Shown here: positions 50,402 to 60,779 of the stretch, one piece after another
Numbering within the stretch: position 1 is the stretch's first letter
Layout of the letters: every line of letters starts with the position of its first letter
Source of the DNA: a bacterium
GTDB taxonomy: Bacteria > UBA8248
Direction: 5' to 3'
DNA: 64,000 bases
NCBI GenBank assembly: GCA_963692865.2
Contig: OY843592.1
Location: forward strand, 1,216,001-1,280,000
Position numbers and translations under genes: made by a program
The notes under the pieces: generated by a model
The model's input: only the letters and a program-made list of their open reading frames with translations
What the model was told of the DNA's origin: nothing
Databases searched by the model: none

Positions 50402-51097
50402 ATGGCGCGGCGCATGATTCTGGTGTTGACCCTGGGCGTTCTCGTCGGCCTCGCGGGCGCGCCCGTCTGGCGGTGGCTTGAGCGAAGTCTTTTCGAGAGC
50501 CTGCCCGTCTACTCGCAACTGCCTGATTTTGAACTGGTTGACGCATCGGGCCGGGCGTTCGCGCGAGATCGCCTGCGCGGGAAGGTCTGGGTGGCGGACT
50601 TCATCTACACGCGCTGTGAGGATACCTGTCCCCTCCAGACTTCCGAGATGCGGCGGCTTCAGGGGGCGTTCGCCTCGCACGAGGATTTCCGGCAGGTCTC
50701 CATCACCACCGATCCTGAGCATGACAAGGGGCCGCTCCTGGCGGATTATGCGCGAAAATTCGGCGCGGACAGGAAGAAGTGGTTCTTCCTCACGGGCAAG
50801 GAAAAGAATATCAAGGACTTGGCGCTCAAGGGCTTTCGCCTGAGCTATGCGACCAAACAAGCCGCCCTCTCCCCTGGCTCCATCGGTGAGCGGGTTTTCC
50901 GGCTTCTTCTGCCCAGCGCGCACGCGCATCATCCAGGACATCAGGAGGGGGGGAAGACGCCGGGAATCCTGATCTCCCACAGTTCGCGATTCGTGCTCAT
51001 CGACAGGAACTTCAACATCAGAGGCTATTACCACAGCGACGACGCGGAATCTCTCGAGAAGCTGAGGAAGGATTTACGGGTCTTGCTGGGTGGTTGA
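50402..51097 (+). CDS. SCO1/SenC family copper chaperone
   Basis: N-terminal TM, LPDFEL, FIYTRCEDTCP (CxxxC), SITTDPEHD, HSSRFVLID; His-rich insert AHAHHPGH. Confidence 0.9.
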   Translation: MARRMILVLTLGVLVGLAGAPVWRWLERSLFESLPVYSQLPDFELVDASGRAFARDRLRGKVWVADFIYTRCEDTCPLQTSEMRRLQGAFASHEDFRQVSITTDPEHDKGPLLADYARKFGADRKKWFFLTGKEKNIKDLALKGFRLSYATKQAALSPGSIGERVFRLLLPSAHAHHPGHQEGGKTPGILISHSSRFVLIDRNFNIRGYYHSDDAESLEKLRKDLRVLLGG

Positions 51098-51108
51098 TTT
51101 TCGTCTGT

Positions 51109-51969
51109 TTACTTGGGTTTCATATCTGTGATCATTTCGGCGTAGCCCTCCCGGTAGGACGGATAGAGAAAGCGATAGCCTGTCGATTTGAGCCTCGCGT
51201 TCGAGCATCTCTTGTTCGTCGCCGCGCGCGCGGAGGGGGCATCGCCGGCCCCGGCTTCGCGCGGACGCGGGGCGCCGAGCCGATCCGCCAGCCAGTTCAG
51301 CACCTCGCGCCGGTCGGCGGGCGCATCGTCTACGCCGACGTATATTTCACCCGGCGCTTCCATCTTCATGAGGTGGGCCAGCGCGCCCGCGCAGTCGTCG
51401 CGGTGGATTCGGTTCGTGAAACGCTGCGGTCCCGCATGGACTTCGGCACTGCCTTCGCGGACGGAATCCATCAGGCGCGTGCGGCCGGGGCCGTAAATGC
51501 CCGCGAGCCGCAGGATGGTGGCGGGGTGGCCGCTCTCCAGAAATGTACGCTCGCCTTCAAGCAGAGTGCGGCCGGAATAATGAGTGGGCCGCGTGGGTGA
51601 TTCCTCATCCACCCAGCCGCCGTCTGTTTGCGCGTAGACGGCCGTGCTCGAGGTGAAGAAAATTCGCCTGGGGTTTTCTCCTTTCGAATCAAGCGCTTTG
51701 ATGAGGTTTTTCGGGCCTTGCGTATACGCCGCCCGGTAGCCGGCCTCGCCGCCTCCTCCCGAGGCGACGGCGTAGAAGATGAAATCGAGTCCTTCGGGGA
51801 GGAGGCCGCTAAGGTGCTTGTCGTGGACGTCGGCCCTCAGCGGCGTGATGGATTCGGGCAGGTTTTCGGGATTTCGGCGCATGCCCCATACGAGATGTCC
51901 CTCTGCGGCGAGCGCCGCCCCGAGCGCAGAGCCGACGTAGCCGCAACCCACGATGAGAACGTTCGCCAT
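51109..51969 (-). CDS. Atypical SDR / NAD-dependent epimerase (YeeZ-like)
   Basis: GCGYVG, FTSSTAVY, LRLAGIYGPGR, NRIHRDD, YPSYREG. Confidence 0.85.
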   Translation of the reverse strand: MANVLIVGCGYVGSALGAALAAEGHLVWGMRRNPENLPESITPLRADVHDKHLSGLLPEGLDFIFYAVASGGGGEAGYRAAYTQGPKNLIKALDSKGENPRRIFFTSSTAVYAQTDGGWVDEESPTRPTHYSGRTLLEGERTFLESGHPATILRLAGIYGPGRTRLMDSVREGSAEVHAGPQRFTNRIHRDDCAGALAHLMKMEAPGEIYVGVDDAPADRREVLNWLADRLGAPRPREAGAGDAPSARAATNKRCSNARLKSTGYRFLYPSYREGYAEMITDMKPK

Positions 51970-51998
51970 GAAGGGCCTGATCTTTGAAATCGTTCGTC

Positions 51999-52847
51999 TT
52001 AGGGCGATTCCAGAGAGGGCACCTTGCCGCGGAATATGCTTTTCAGGTGATGCGGCATGACGCGCAGTCCGGCATAGAACGGGCCGAACTCGCCGTACCA
52101 GACGCTGGCCTCATCGAAGCGCATTTCGTATACGAGGCGCTTGAAGACGAGCGGGTCTTCCGAGAACAGATAGACGCCCCACTCCCAGTCGTCGAAGCCG
52201 ATGCTGCCCGTGATGATTTGTTGAACGCGCCCGGCGTACCGTCTGCCGACGAAGCCGTGTTCGCGCATCATTTGCCGGCGCTCCTCAATGGGCAGGCCGT
52301 ACCAGTTCTTCTCCTCGCCCCTGCGCTTGTTCATCGGGTAGAAACACAGATACCTCGTTTTGGGGATGTCCATGTAGAGGCGCTCTTTCATGCGCTCGCG
52401 CTGGTTATCCATCTCTTCGGACCATTTCGACTTCCATTCGTCGCTTCCCGGTTCGAGACCCGCGTCCACGAACTGTGAGTGGAGCTTCACGGTCATTTCG
52501 TAGAGGCCGAGTTCCAGGAACGAGAGGTAGGACGTGGTCTCGTCCATATATTCCGCCAGCGCCAGCCGCCGCAGACCCAGTTCGACTTCATTCAGCGCAT
52601 CGAGCGTTTGCCTGAAATGCAGAAAAAACAGGTCTCCCTTGTGGCCCAACAGGCTGAAAAGCGCGCTTTCTCCGGACTCGGGCCGGGCGATGGAGGCGAG
52701 GTATTCCGCCGCCTCATCAAGGATGCTGTGTCGCCGGACGCTCTCCAGACGGTTCCAGGCGGGCCAGTTCACCCGGAAGATATGGTGCAGAATCGCCCAG
52801 CCATCGAGCGTTTCGGGCATTTTGGCGTCTTTCAGGTTCGGATTCAC
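51999..52847 (-). CDS. hemQ: Coproheme decarboxylase (HemQ/ChdC, chlorite dismutase family)
   Basis: PETLDGW.ILH, GHKGDL, CFYPMNKRR, NWY, MREHG, SIGFDDWEWGV, VYEMRFDE.S..YGEFGPFY. Confidence 0.88.
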   Translation of the reverse strand: MNPNLKDAKMPETLDGWAILHHIFRVNWPAWNRLESVRRHSILDEAAEYLASIARPESGESALFSLLGHKGDLFFLHFRQTLDALNEVELGLRRLALAEYMDETTSYLSFLELGLYEMTVKLHSQFVDAGLEPGSDEWKSKWSEEMDNQRERMKERLYMDIPKTRYLCFYPMNKRRGEEKNWYGLPIEERRQMMREHGFVGRRYAGRVQQIITGSIGFDDWEWGVYLFSEDPLVFKRLVYEMRFDEASVWYGEFGPFYAGLRVMPHHLKSIFRGKVPSLESP

Positions 52848-53254
52848 TGTCTACTCCCGGAGAATCGAGCATATCGGCGATGAACCGTCTCGGGGAAAGA
52901 GATACCCCAGAGTCGGCCATGTTGCAAACATGACGGCTTTGGAGTCGAACGGGCTGCGGGGAAAAAGATGCCTCTCCCGACGGGGGGATTAACTCGCTTT
53001 TTTGCAGCACTCGGTCTGGTGACGCAATGAATTCAAATGAATTCCGAAGTCAACCAACGAGAGGGTTGACTTAAAGTGAAAGGTGCATTACTTGAATGAG
53101 GCAGGTCTGAGTTCCAAGTTGTTCCCATTTGATTAGAGGTCAATTTTAGAGGTTCCGTATCAGAAGCCACCTGTATTTCGCGTGTGAATGATTGCGCGCA
53201 CGCTTTTTGTAAACAGCAGCTGCCAACCTGAAAAAATCTTTGAGAGGAGCAGGC

Positions 53255-53995
53255 ATGATTCCCAAACGCTTTCATTTGTGCTGGATGTTTGCGGTGTTGC
53301 TGAGCATCGCATTGGCTGGGTCCGCGGACGCTTATAAGGAAGGAAAAGTAAGCGGTGGGGGTTCGATCACCGGGGCGATCAAGTTCGATGGCCCGGCCCC
53401 GAAGCCCAAAACCTTATCCGTGAACAAGGACAAGAAAGTTTGCGCAAAAAAACCGATTAAGGATGAGAGCCTGATCGTGAAAGACGGCGGCGTGGTCTGG
53501 GCCGTCGTTTCCCTGAAAGGCGTGAAATCCGGCAAGAAGTGGTCGAAAAGCCAGAAAAAAGCGACTATGGATCAGAAAGGATGTGTTTACCTGCCCCGCG
53601 TGGTGGTGATGAAACCAAAGACGAAACTACTGATGAAAAACAGCGACAAAATTCTCCACAACGTTCACACCCATCCTGGTAAAACGGGGAATTCGGTAGC
53701 CAACATTGCGCAGCCGAAGTTCAAGAAGAAACTGAGAATGTCGACCCGCTATTTCAAGAAGCCGGGCATCCTGAAAGTAACCTGTGACGTACATGACTGG
53801 ATGAAGGGGTACATTGTCGTTGCGGAAAATCCATACGTCGGCATCACGGGCGCCGGGGGTAAATTCGAGATCAAGGATGTCCCCGCGGGCTCTTACACCC
53901 TGGAGGTTTGGCACGAGGTGTTGGGCAAGAAATCCATGAAGGTGACGGTGAAGGGTGGCGCTGCCACTGCGGTGAACGTAGCGCTGAAAAAATAA
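53255..53995 (+). CDS. Secreted cupredoxin-like protein with carboxypeptidase-regulatory-like domain
   Basis: Signal peptide; DQKGCVY.PRV, NSD.ILHNVH, CDVHDWM (type-1 Cu-like ligands), VPAGSYTLEVWHE. Confidence 0.75.
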   Translation: MIPKRFHLCWMFAVLLSIALAGSADAYKEGKVSGGGSITGAIKFDGPAPKPKTLSVNKDKKVCAKKPIKDESLIVKDGGVVWAVVSLKGVKSGKKWSKSQKKATMDQKGCVYLPRVVVMKPKTKLLMKNSDKILHNVHTHPGKTGNSVANIAQPKFKKKLRMSTRYFKKPGILKVTCDVHDWMKGYIVVAENPYVGITGAGGKFEIKDVPAGSYTLEVWHEVLGKKSMKVTVKGGAATAVNVALKK

Positions 53996-54013
53996 CGCCG
54001 AACCAAACGCAAC

Positions 54014-54045
54014 AAAAGCGGCAGTGAAACAACCGCCGCTTTTTT
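54014..54045. terminator. Bidirectional intrinsic terminator
   Basis: AAAAGCGGC...GCCGCTTTTTT between convergent genes. Confidence 0.7.
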
Positions 54046-54064
54046 GCGTGGTTTTTGGCCTGCT

Positions 54065-55252
54065 TTATCGTTTTTTCCCGCTGGCCGCTATTGTGGAAAT
54101 CGCATTTGCAATCGAGTCCATCTCTTCTTCCGTGTTCAAATAATGAATCGAAACCCTCACGGCGGGAGGCTCCGTTACCACTGCTCTCAGAATGATTTGG
54201 TGTTTCCTGTACAGCCTGTCCACCACGTATTGAGATTCGACGTTCCGAATCCGAAAAGAAACCAGACCGGACTGAGCCTCGCCTTCGGGGGTGACGACTT
54301 CAACATTCTCTACCCCACGTATTTGGGACAATAGGCGGTTCGCCAGCGCCAGGATTCTTTTTTCGATGGATACGGGCCCTGTCCTCTTGAAGTGTTCGAC
54401 AGCAGCGCGGAATCCCAAGAAACCGGGAGTATTGAGAGTGCCGACTTCATAGCGCATGGCGCTCCGCTCCGGGGTAAAGGACAGGGTTTTTAATCTTTTT
54501 TTCTGCGCCGTGCGAAAACTTGCGGAAGAAAGATGAATCTTTTCGCCTGCTCCACGTCTTATATATACGGCGCCCGTGCCATCCGGCCCCATCAGCCATT
54601 TCTGGCCCGATATGGTGTAGACGTCTACGCCGGTGTCTTTGATTTTGATTGGTATGTGTCCCACGGATTGGGCGCCGTCCACGATGAGGAGCGCGCCTGC
54701 GGAAGCGCAAACCCGGCCGATTGCCGCAAGTGGTAGTCTCCTGCCGTTTAGCCAGGAAACGTGGCTCACGCAAACCACCCTGGTTTTCGGGGAGATGGCG
54801 TTTTCCAGATTTCCAAGAAGTTCATCATCATTTTGACCTGTTTTGAATAGTTTTACCTTGATGGCGTTTCTCTTCCGCCATACCAACCAGGGCAGGTAGC
54901 CGCCCGGATGCTCCAAATCCGATACGAGCACTTCATCCCCTGCATTCCATGTCATTCCGGCCGCCGCGATATTGATTCCAACGGTCGTATTGCTCGTCAG
55001 GGCTATTTCGGAGGCGTCTGCGCCGATGAGTTTCGCGCAACTCTCTCGTGTGCGTTTTAGGGTTTTGGTGGTTTCACTCCTGATTATCGGGTGAAACGAT
55101 CCGAGTTCCAGTTCACGTTTCGTGAACTTGTCCATTTCGTGAAGAAGCGATTTCGAGGATGGCCCGCCGCCTCCCCAATTGACGTAAATTTGATTTTCCA
55201 GAGCTGGGACGTCGGAACGAAGGCGTTTGATTTTGTTTTTGTCGAGAGGCAT
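54065..55252 (-). CDS. Class V PLP enzyme (cystine lyase / C-S or C-Se lyase-like)
   Basis: NTTVGIN, DLEHPG, SHVSW..G, VDGAQSVG, SGQKWLMGP, RYEVGT, VRVSIHYLN; no SufS/IscS catalytic Cys loop. Confidence 0.8.
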   Translation of the reverse strand: MPLDKNKIKRLRSDVPALENQIYVNWGGGGPSSKSLLHEMDKFTKRELELGSFHPIIRSETTKTLKRTRESCAKLIGADASEIALTSNTTVGINIAAAGMTWNAGDEVLVSDLEHPGGYLPWLVWRKRNAIKVKLFKTGQNDDELLGNLENAISPKTRVVCVSHVSWLNGRRLPLAAIGRVCASAGALLIVDGAQSVGHIPIKIKDTGVDVYTISGQKWLMGPDGTGAVYIRRGAGEKIHLSSASFRTAQKKRLKTLSFTPERSAMRYEVGTLNTPGFLGFRAAVEHFKRTGPVSIEKRILALANRLLSQIRGVENVEVVTPEGEAQSGLVSFRIRNVESQYVVDRLYRKHQIILRAVVTEPPAVRVSIHYLNTEEEMDSIANAISTIAASGKKR

Positions 55253-55275
55253 TTTGGATTCCTTATCAGGAAATT

Positions 55276-57186
55276 TTATCTTCCATCTGGACGAAGTACT
55301 CTTTTATCTCCCACTCGTAATGTAATGCGAGCGGTATCGAAATATTCAAGCAAAGGTATGGCGTGTTTTCTCGTAATGCCCAACAGGTCCCGAAATTCCG
55401 CCGCCGTAATTTCATTGTTGCGCGACAGATGCTCTCTTAGAAGGTTTTCTGCTTCCGCCAAGGCGTGTCGATGATAGATAATGTTGTCTTTCAGCCGCGA
55501 CAGAACTCCTTCATCGATGAGAATTTGCAAGGCATTTTGACTTGAACTGCCTTTGCCGCCGCTTTGTGAGAATGCGTCTTCGACGGATGGCGGTTGAAAA
55601 TGGGCGTTCTTGAGAACCGACTCCAGTTTCGTTTTCACTTCTCCGAGCGTCTCGTCAATCTCTACGGAATGGGAGGTGAGTCGCAGGATGGCGCCGTCTT
55701 CGACGATTTCGTTTGTTTCACTTAGTTGTTTGAGCGCGACGGCAAAGATTTTTTCATTGAGATCACCCGCCTTGCCGCGGACTTCTTCCCTGGGCGCTCC
55801 CGTGCGAAGAGGGTTCCGAGCGTGGTATTCACTCAAAAAAGAGAGAATATTTTTTTGGGCTGTGTTGAAATGCGCTGTAGTCATGGAGAATAAATTGGCT
55901 TGATCGATAATTCGCACTTTCCCTTGGGTGGATAATTCCTGAATGGTTATCTTGATGTCGCTTGGCTTGAGTGTAAGACGGCCTGTGAGGTCAGCGAGTT
56001 CAATCCCGTTCAACCGTGAATCCCGGAGCAGGATGAGCAGTCTTTCCGTCTCATCCCCTCGATAAAGTGATTTCAGATGATTCATCGATGAACTTCTTAA
56101 TCGCCTGTGCTTGCGAGGCATGATATCCAGGATTTCGCCGCCGCCAATCGTGATGATTGGCGAATAACTCCTGATGACGAATCGGTCTCGGGGTAGTACG
56201 ACGATGGGCTCCTCCAGCCGTATTTGGGCAAATGAACTGTCCCCGGGCTCGAGCACATCCCGTCCGATGAGAGATATCCTTCCCATGATTTCAGCAGTAC
56301 CCGCGTGGAACCGGATGCGGTTCCGGGTTTTCAGAGGGCGAGGCGCATCGGCCAGATGCTCCAGGTGAACGTCGAGCATGTACGTCGTTTTCAGTTCACC
56401 GCGATGACCGATGATGTCTCCCCTGAACACCTCGGCGCGGTCGATGCCTTGGAGGTTGACGGCGGTTCTGAGGCCGGCGGTCGATTTTTCCACGGACTCC
56501 CCGTGGACTTGCAAGCCGCGAACGCGCGCCTGAAGACCCTTGGGATAAACTTCAACCTGCTCACCTACACCCACGCTTCCGCTGAACAGGGTTCCCGTAA
56601 TCACGAGGCCGAAGCCCCGCATGGTGAATGCGCGATCAATCGGTATTCGGAAGATACCCGTTTCACTTTTTGCGGGCGTCGTATTCGCGATTTCGCTCAA
56701 AGCTTTTTTGAGATTTTCCAGACCATCTCCGGTATGGGCCGAAACCGGCATGATGGGTTTGTCTTCCAGGAAAGTGTCTTTGACGAAGTCCTGTATGTCG
56801 TCCATGACGAGTTCAACCCATTCCGGTTCGACCAGATCTGTTTTGGTGAGCACGATGAGGCCCGTTTTGATCCCGAGAAGCCGGCAAATGGACAGATGCT
56901 CTCTCGTTTGCGGCATGACGCCTTCATCGGCGGCAATGATCAGCATTACCAAATCGATGCCTCCGATTCCGGCCAGCATGTTTTTCACGAATCTCTCATG
57001 GCCCGGAACGTCCACGATGCCGGCGTGGATGTTGTCGAGCATCAACTCGGCGAACCCGAGTTCGATGGTGATGCCGCGTTCTTTTTCTTCTTTGAGGCGG
57101 TCGGTGTCCGTTCCGGTCAGCGCTTTGACGAGAGAGGTTTTGCCATGATCGATGTGGCCGGCGGTGCCGATGACGACATGCTTCAT
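55276..57186 (-). CDS. selB: Selenocysteine-specific elongation factor SelB
   Basis: [41 protein letters not shown]-terminal [20 protein letters not shown]. Confidence 0.97.
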   Translation of the reverse strand: MKHVVIGTAGHIDHGKTSLVKALTGTDTDRLKEEKERGITIELGFAELMLDNIHAGIVDVPGHERFVKNMLAGIGGIDLVMLIIAADEGVMPQTREHLSICRLLGIKTGLIVLTKTDLVEPEWVELVMDDIQDFVKDTFLEDKPIMPVSAHTGDGLENLKKALSEIANTTPAKSETGIFRIPIDRAFTMRGFGLVITGTLFSGSVGVGEQVEVYPKGLQARVRGLQVHGESVEKSTAGLRTAVNLQGIDRAEVFRGDIIGHRGELKTTYMLDVHLEHLADAPRPLKTRNRIRFHAGTAEIMGRISLIGRDVLEPGDSSFAQIRLEEPIVVLPRDRFVIRSYSPIITIGGGEILDIMPRKHRRLRSSSMNHLKSLYRGDETERLLILLRDSRLNGIELADLTGRLTLKPSDIKITIQELSTQGKVRIIDQANLFSMTTAHFNTAQKNILSFLSEYHARNPLRTGAPREEVRGKAGDLNEKIFAVALKQLSETNEIVEDGAILRLTSHSVEIDETLGEVKTKLESVLKNAHFQPPSVEDAFSQSGGKGSSSQNALQILIDEGVLSRLKDNIIYHRHALAEAENLLREHLSRNNEITAAEFRDLLGITRKHAIPLLEYFDTARITLRVGDKRVLRPDGR

Positions 57187-57234
57187 CAGGTGACTTCGCC
57201 CTCGAGGTTGATAGGCGAGATATGAAAATGTCGC

Positions 57235-58038
57235 CTAGTCATGACGATGGATGAACTCCAGGACGGACTCGTTGAATTCAACCGGTTTCTCGATATATAC
57301 GAAATGGCCGCCTTCATCAAAAATTTTCAACTCCGCTCCGGGAATGGCGTCCCTTAATTGTTCGGAATAATACAGCGGGGTGACGACATCGTCTCTTGCA
57401 ACGGCCACCAGCACCGGGCTGGTGATTCGGCTCAAACGATCCAACTGATCATGCGCAATGATGCAGTCGATTCTCTCTGCCATAATCTCGGCCGGAGGCG
57501 CGTTGGCGATCGATTGGTTTTCCTGCGTTTGAATTCCCTGGAAGTTGTCGGTGAAAAACTTTGGGCTATGCAAGGTGAAGGTGGAAAATCTCGTGTAGGT
57601 TTCCCATCCCATCTCAAGCAGGACTTCTTTGCGCACACTGAACTGGCGGGTGAAATATGCGTCGCTCCTGGGCCAGGAACTCGTGATGGAGCCGCTTTTG
57701 ACGCGATCGGGGAAGTCGATGCACATCACCTGGATGATGGCGCCCCCGGTTGAACTGCCGACGAGATGCGCTTTTTCTATTTCAAGGTCATCCATGATGG
57801 CGACGATGTCTTTCGCCATGTTGGCGACGCTGTACACCCCGCTCGGCTTGGCGCTTTTTCCGGTTCCTCTGTGATCATGCAGGATGAGGGGTCTGGTCGC
57901 GGAAAAGGCGTCGATTTGTTTCACCCATGACGCGCGGATACCTCCCAACCCGCTGATCAGGAACACGGGCGTATCGGTATGCTGGGGGTTGATGACTTCA
58001 TAATCTATTGCAACACCCTCGGAATTTACGGTCGGCAT
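57235..58038 (-). CDS. Alpha/beta-fold hydrolase (RutD-like)
   Basis: ISGLGG, DHRGTGKS, GSSTGG nucleophile elbow, DDVVTP, GGHF. Confidence 0.85.
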   Translation of the reverse strand: MPTVNSEGVAIDYEVINPQHTDTPVFLISGLGGIRASWVKQIDAFSATRPLILHDHRGTGKSAKPSGVYSVANMAKDIVAIMDDLEIEKAHLVGSSTGGAIIQVMCIDFPDRVKSGSITSSWPRSDAYFTRQFSVRKEVLLEMGWETYTRFSTFTLHSPKFFTDNFQGIQTQENQSIANAPPAEIMAERIDCIIAHDQLDRLSRITSPVLVAVARDDVVTPLYYSEQLRDAIPGAELKIFDEGGHFVYIEKPVEFNESVLEFIHRHD

Positions 58039-58098
58039 CGGAAAATCATCCCCTGTTTTCGTGTCGGCGAGAAAATGATATGCGCAGAAGGTTTAAGG

Positions 58099-59541
58099 TT
58101 ATTTCGCGAACTCGTTGAGAATCAGGCCAAGCTGATTCATTTCATCTTCTTGAATGCACCGCAGATCCAGTATCACTTTATCCTCATGAATGCGCGCCAC
58201 GACGGGTGGAGTCGCATGGCGCAGCCTGGTCTCCAGCGATTTGGCGGAAGAGTTTTTGGGAGACAGCGTCACGGCGTAGCTGTCCAGTTTCGCCAGGGGC
58301 ATGGCCCCGCCGCCCACCATGCCCGAAGTTCCTTCCACCTTGGCGCCGAGTAGGGAGCAAGTATGTTCCCCCATCAGATTCATCAGGGATTCGGCCCGTT
58401 TCTTCAGTTTTTCCCGGCTGGCGGACAGCATCTGGAGAGTCGGTATCCGGGTGCGGGCGGCGTCGGGGTCGAGGTATGTCCTGAGCGTCGCCTCCAGGGC
58501 GGCGAGCGTAAGTTTATCGAGCCTGAGAATGCGCATGAGCGGGTGCGTTTTCATTTTCTCCACCCATGTCGCCTGGCCTACGACAATGCCGGCCTGCGGG
58601 CCGCCGAGAAGCTTGTCCCCGGAAAAGGTGACGACGTCGATTCCCGCTCGAATGGACTCTATGGCGGTGGGTTCATGCGGCAGGCCGTCGATATGAAGCA
58701 GCGAACCGCTCCCGAGGTCTTCCAGCGTGGGTATGTTTGTTCCCCTGCCGAGTTCCGCGAGTTCGTCGCGGGAGGCTTCTTCGGTAAAGCCGACGATCCT
58801 GTAGTTGCTCGTATGCGCTTTGAGCAGCAAAGCCGTATCTTGGGTGATGGCGTCCCGGTAGTCGGATATCCTCGTTTTGTTCGTCGTCCCCACCTCTACC
58901 AGTTTCGCGCCGCTCTGAAGCATGATATCCGGAATTCGGAAAGAACCGCCGATTTCGACCAGTTCGCCTCGTGAAACGATCACCTCGGCGGCATTGGCCA
59001 TCGTGTGAATCGCGAACATCACGGCGGCGGCGTTGTTGTTGACGACCAGTGCCGCCTCCGCCCCCGTGAGCCGGCGAAGGAGAGACTCCACGTCGGTTCC
59101 TCTTTTCCCTCTCCGCCCGAGGCTCAGGTCGAATTCCAGATTCGAATATCCTCGGGCCACGTCATCGAGGGCGGACCTTGCGGCGTCGCTCAGTGGGGCC
59201 CGGCCCAGGTTCGTGTGCAGCACGATTCCCGTGGCGTTGATGACTCTTTTCAGGCCGAGTCGTTTGTTGGAAGAAAGGATTTGCTTTGCTCCATCGAGAA
59301 CGATGTCCCGAAGCGTTTCTTCGGAGGGCGATGCGTTTTCCGCGGTTTTCGGGAATTCCCGGTTCGTTTGATCGAGCAGGAGCCGTCTTTTGATTCCGAT
59401 TGCCTGCCTGACCGCGTCGGAGAGGGCGGCGTCCGACGAACCGTTGGCGCCCTCGTTCTTGAGGCGGGTGACGATTTCATCCACCGAAGGCAGCAGCCGC
59501 GCCAGCTTGGATGGAAGATTTCGAGCGTCTGAAGAAGTCAT
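58099..59541 (-). CDS. selA: L-seryl-tRNA(Sec) selenium transferase
   Basis: LPSVD, VINATGIVLHTNLGRAPL, VNNNAAA, SRGELVEIGGSFRIP, EDLGSG, FSGDKLLGGPQAG. Confidence 0.97.
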   Translation of the reverse strand: MTSSDARNLPSKLARLLPSVDEIVTRLKNEGANGSSDAALSDAVRQAIGIKRRLLLDQTNREFPKTAENASPSEETLRDIVLDGAKQILSSNKRLGLKRVINATGIVLHTNLGRAPLSDAARSALDDVARGYSNLEFDLSLGRRGKRGTDVESLLRRLTGAEAALVVNNNAAAVMFAIHTMANAAEVIVSRGELVEIGGSFRIPDIMLQSGAKLVEVGTTNKTRISDYRDAITQDTALLLKAHTSNYRIVGFTEEASRDELAELGRGTNIPTLEDLGSGSLLHIDGLPHEPTAIESIRAGIDVVTFSGDKLLGGPQAGIVVGQATWVEKMKTHPLMRILRLDKLTLAALEATLRTYLDPDAARTRIPTLQMLSASREKLKKRAESLMNLMGEHTCSLLGAKVEGTSGMVGGGAMPLAKLDSYAVTLSPKNSSAKSLETRLRHATPPVVARIHEDKVILDLRCIQEDEMNQLGLILNEFAK

Positions 59542-59719
59542 GCCGCATCCCTTATATGAATACGAGTGATGACTATAAGATTGCGGGTTTTAAGTGGTCA
59601 AGTCGTCAGGATGGAGGTCGGCCGAAGACCCATGGCGGTCATGAGGGGGGCATCTCCGAAGGGCGCGCGAAGGCCGCGGGGAATCCGCCGCGCCGGGATT
59701 TTCCGAGTCTTGATTTGTC

Positions 59720-59748
59720 TTGACACCGACCCGACCCCTTGGTAGTGT
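59720..59748 (+). promoter_or_regulatory. Putative sigma70 promoter
   Basis: TTGACA-17 bp-TAGTGT with TGn extension, upstream of 59847. Confidence 0.5.
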
Positions 59749-59846
59749 TCGCGCTCGAATCCGGGCAGGCCTGTGCGTTTTGACCAGCCGTTTGCATTTC
59801 GTTCATTTGGATTCGGTTTTTCGGAACTTCAAAAGCAGGGTAGTAC

Positions 59847-60761
59847 ATGAACTCCCGCCAGAATGCGTCTTCGATTTTCGTTCCCGACAAGAATAAAGTC
59901 GTCGTTCCGTTCATGCGCGATGTTTTTACGATTCCCGGGAATGCTCGCCACAAGCCCAAGCTCATCGGTTCGGTCTGCAGGGAATGCGAGGAGTATTTTT
60001 TCCCGAAGACCGGCTCGAAGACCACTTGCGACAACCCGGTCTGTCCGCGGAGCACGAGCGAAGTGCTTCTGAGCGGGAAGGGCAAACTTCTTTCGGCCAC
60101 GATCACGCGCTCCTCCGCCGACGGGGATTCGGAGCACGTTTCCGCTGTCATACTCCTCGATGAGGGGATAAAGATAAATTCCGACCTGATCGGCTGGGAA
60201 GGCTACCGGGACATGCTGGTTCCCGGTTCTCCGGTGGAACTCGTCCTGCAGGACCTCGGCGAGAATGAGCGGCGCGAAACCCAGGTGGGCTACGCCTTTC
60301 GCCTGATGACGGGGCGCAGAAAACCCGTTTTCCCGCTCACCGATGAGGAAAAACGCGCGGCCGAGGCGGCGCGCGCTAAAGACGGAAAAGGGGCGACAAA
60401 ACAGCGGGCGCAGACGAAGAAAAAAACCGCCGGGAAAGCGGCGGCGCGGAAAGAGCGGACGGCGGCCAGGGGGAAAGCCCCCGCCGCGAAGAAGAAAGCC
60501 GCTCCTGAGAAACCCGCCTCGGCGAAGAGCAAGACGGCTGCTTCCGGGAGAAAGGCGGCGGCGAAGAAAACGGCGGCAAAGAAGAAAACGCCCGCCGGCA
60601 AGGCCGCGAGTCCTGCGAAGAAAAGCCCCGCCTCCAGGAAAGCCGCAGCCAAGGCCGCCGGAGCGAAGGCGGCGAAAAGACCCGCCCGCCCGGCGAGCAA
60701 GCCCGCGAAGAAGGCCACGCCCGAGAAACCGGCCTCCAAGAGCGCCCGGAAGCGCCGCTAG
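59847..60761 (+). CDS. DUF35-like Zn-ribbon/OB-fold protein with a long Lys/Ala/Pro-rich (histone H1-like) C-terminal tail
   Basis: LIGSVCRECEEYFFP...CDNPVCP, LSGKGKL, GSPVELV, GYAFRL; last ~125 aa are K/A/P repeats. Confidence 0.7.
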   Translation: MNSRQNASSIFVPDKNKVVVPFMRDVFTIPGNARHKPKLIGSVCRECEEYFFPKTGSKTTCDNPVCPRSTSEVLLSGKGKLLSATITRSSADGDSEHVSAVILLDEGIKINSDLIGWEGYRDMLVPGSPVELVLQDLGENERRETQVGYAFRLMTGRRKPVFPLTDEEKRAAEAARAKDGKGATKQRAQTKKKTAGKAAARKERTAARGKAPAAKKKAAPEKPASAKSKTAASGRKAAAKKTAAKKKTPAGKAASPAKKSPASRKAAAKAAGAKAAKRPARPASKPAKKATPEKPASKSARKRR

Positions 60762-60779
60762 GGAGCGCGCCCGCGTCCG

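Noticed and set aside
59545-59846. tRNA-Sec (selC) upstream of selA
   Set aside because: No cloverleaf with a TCA anticodon or T-loop found by eye; tRNAscan-SE or Aragorn would settle it.
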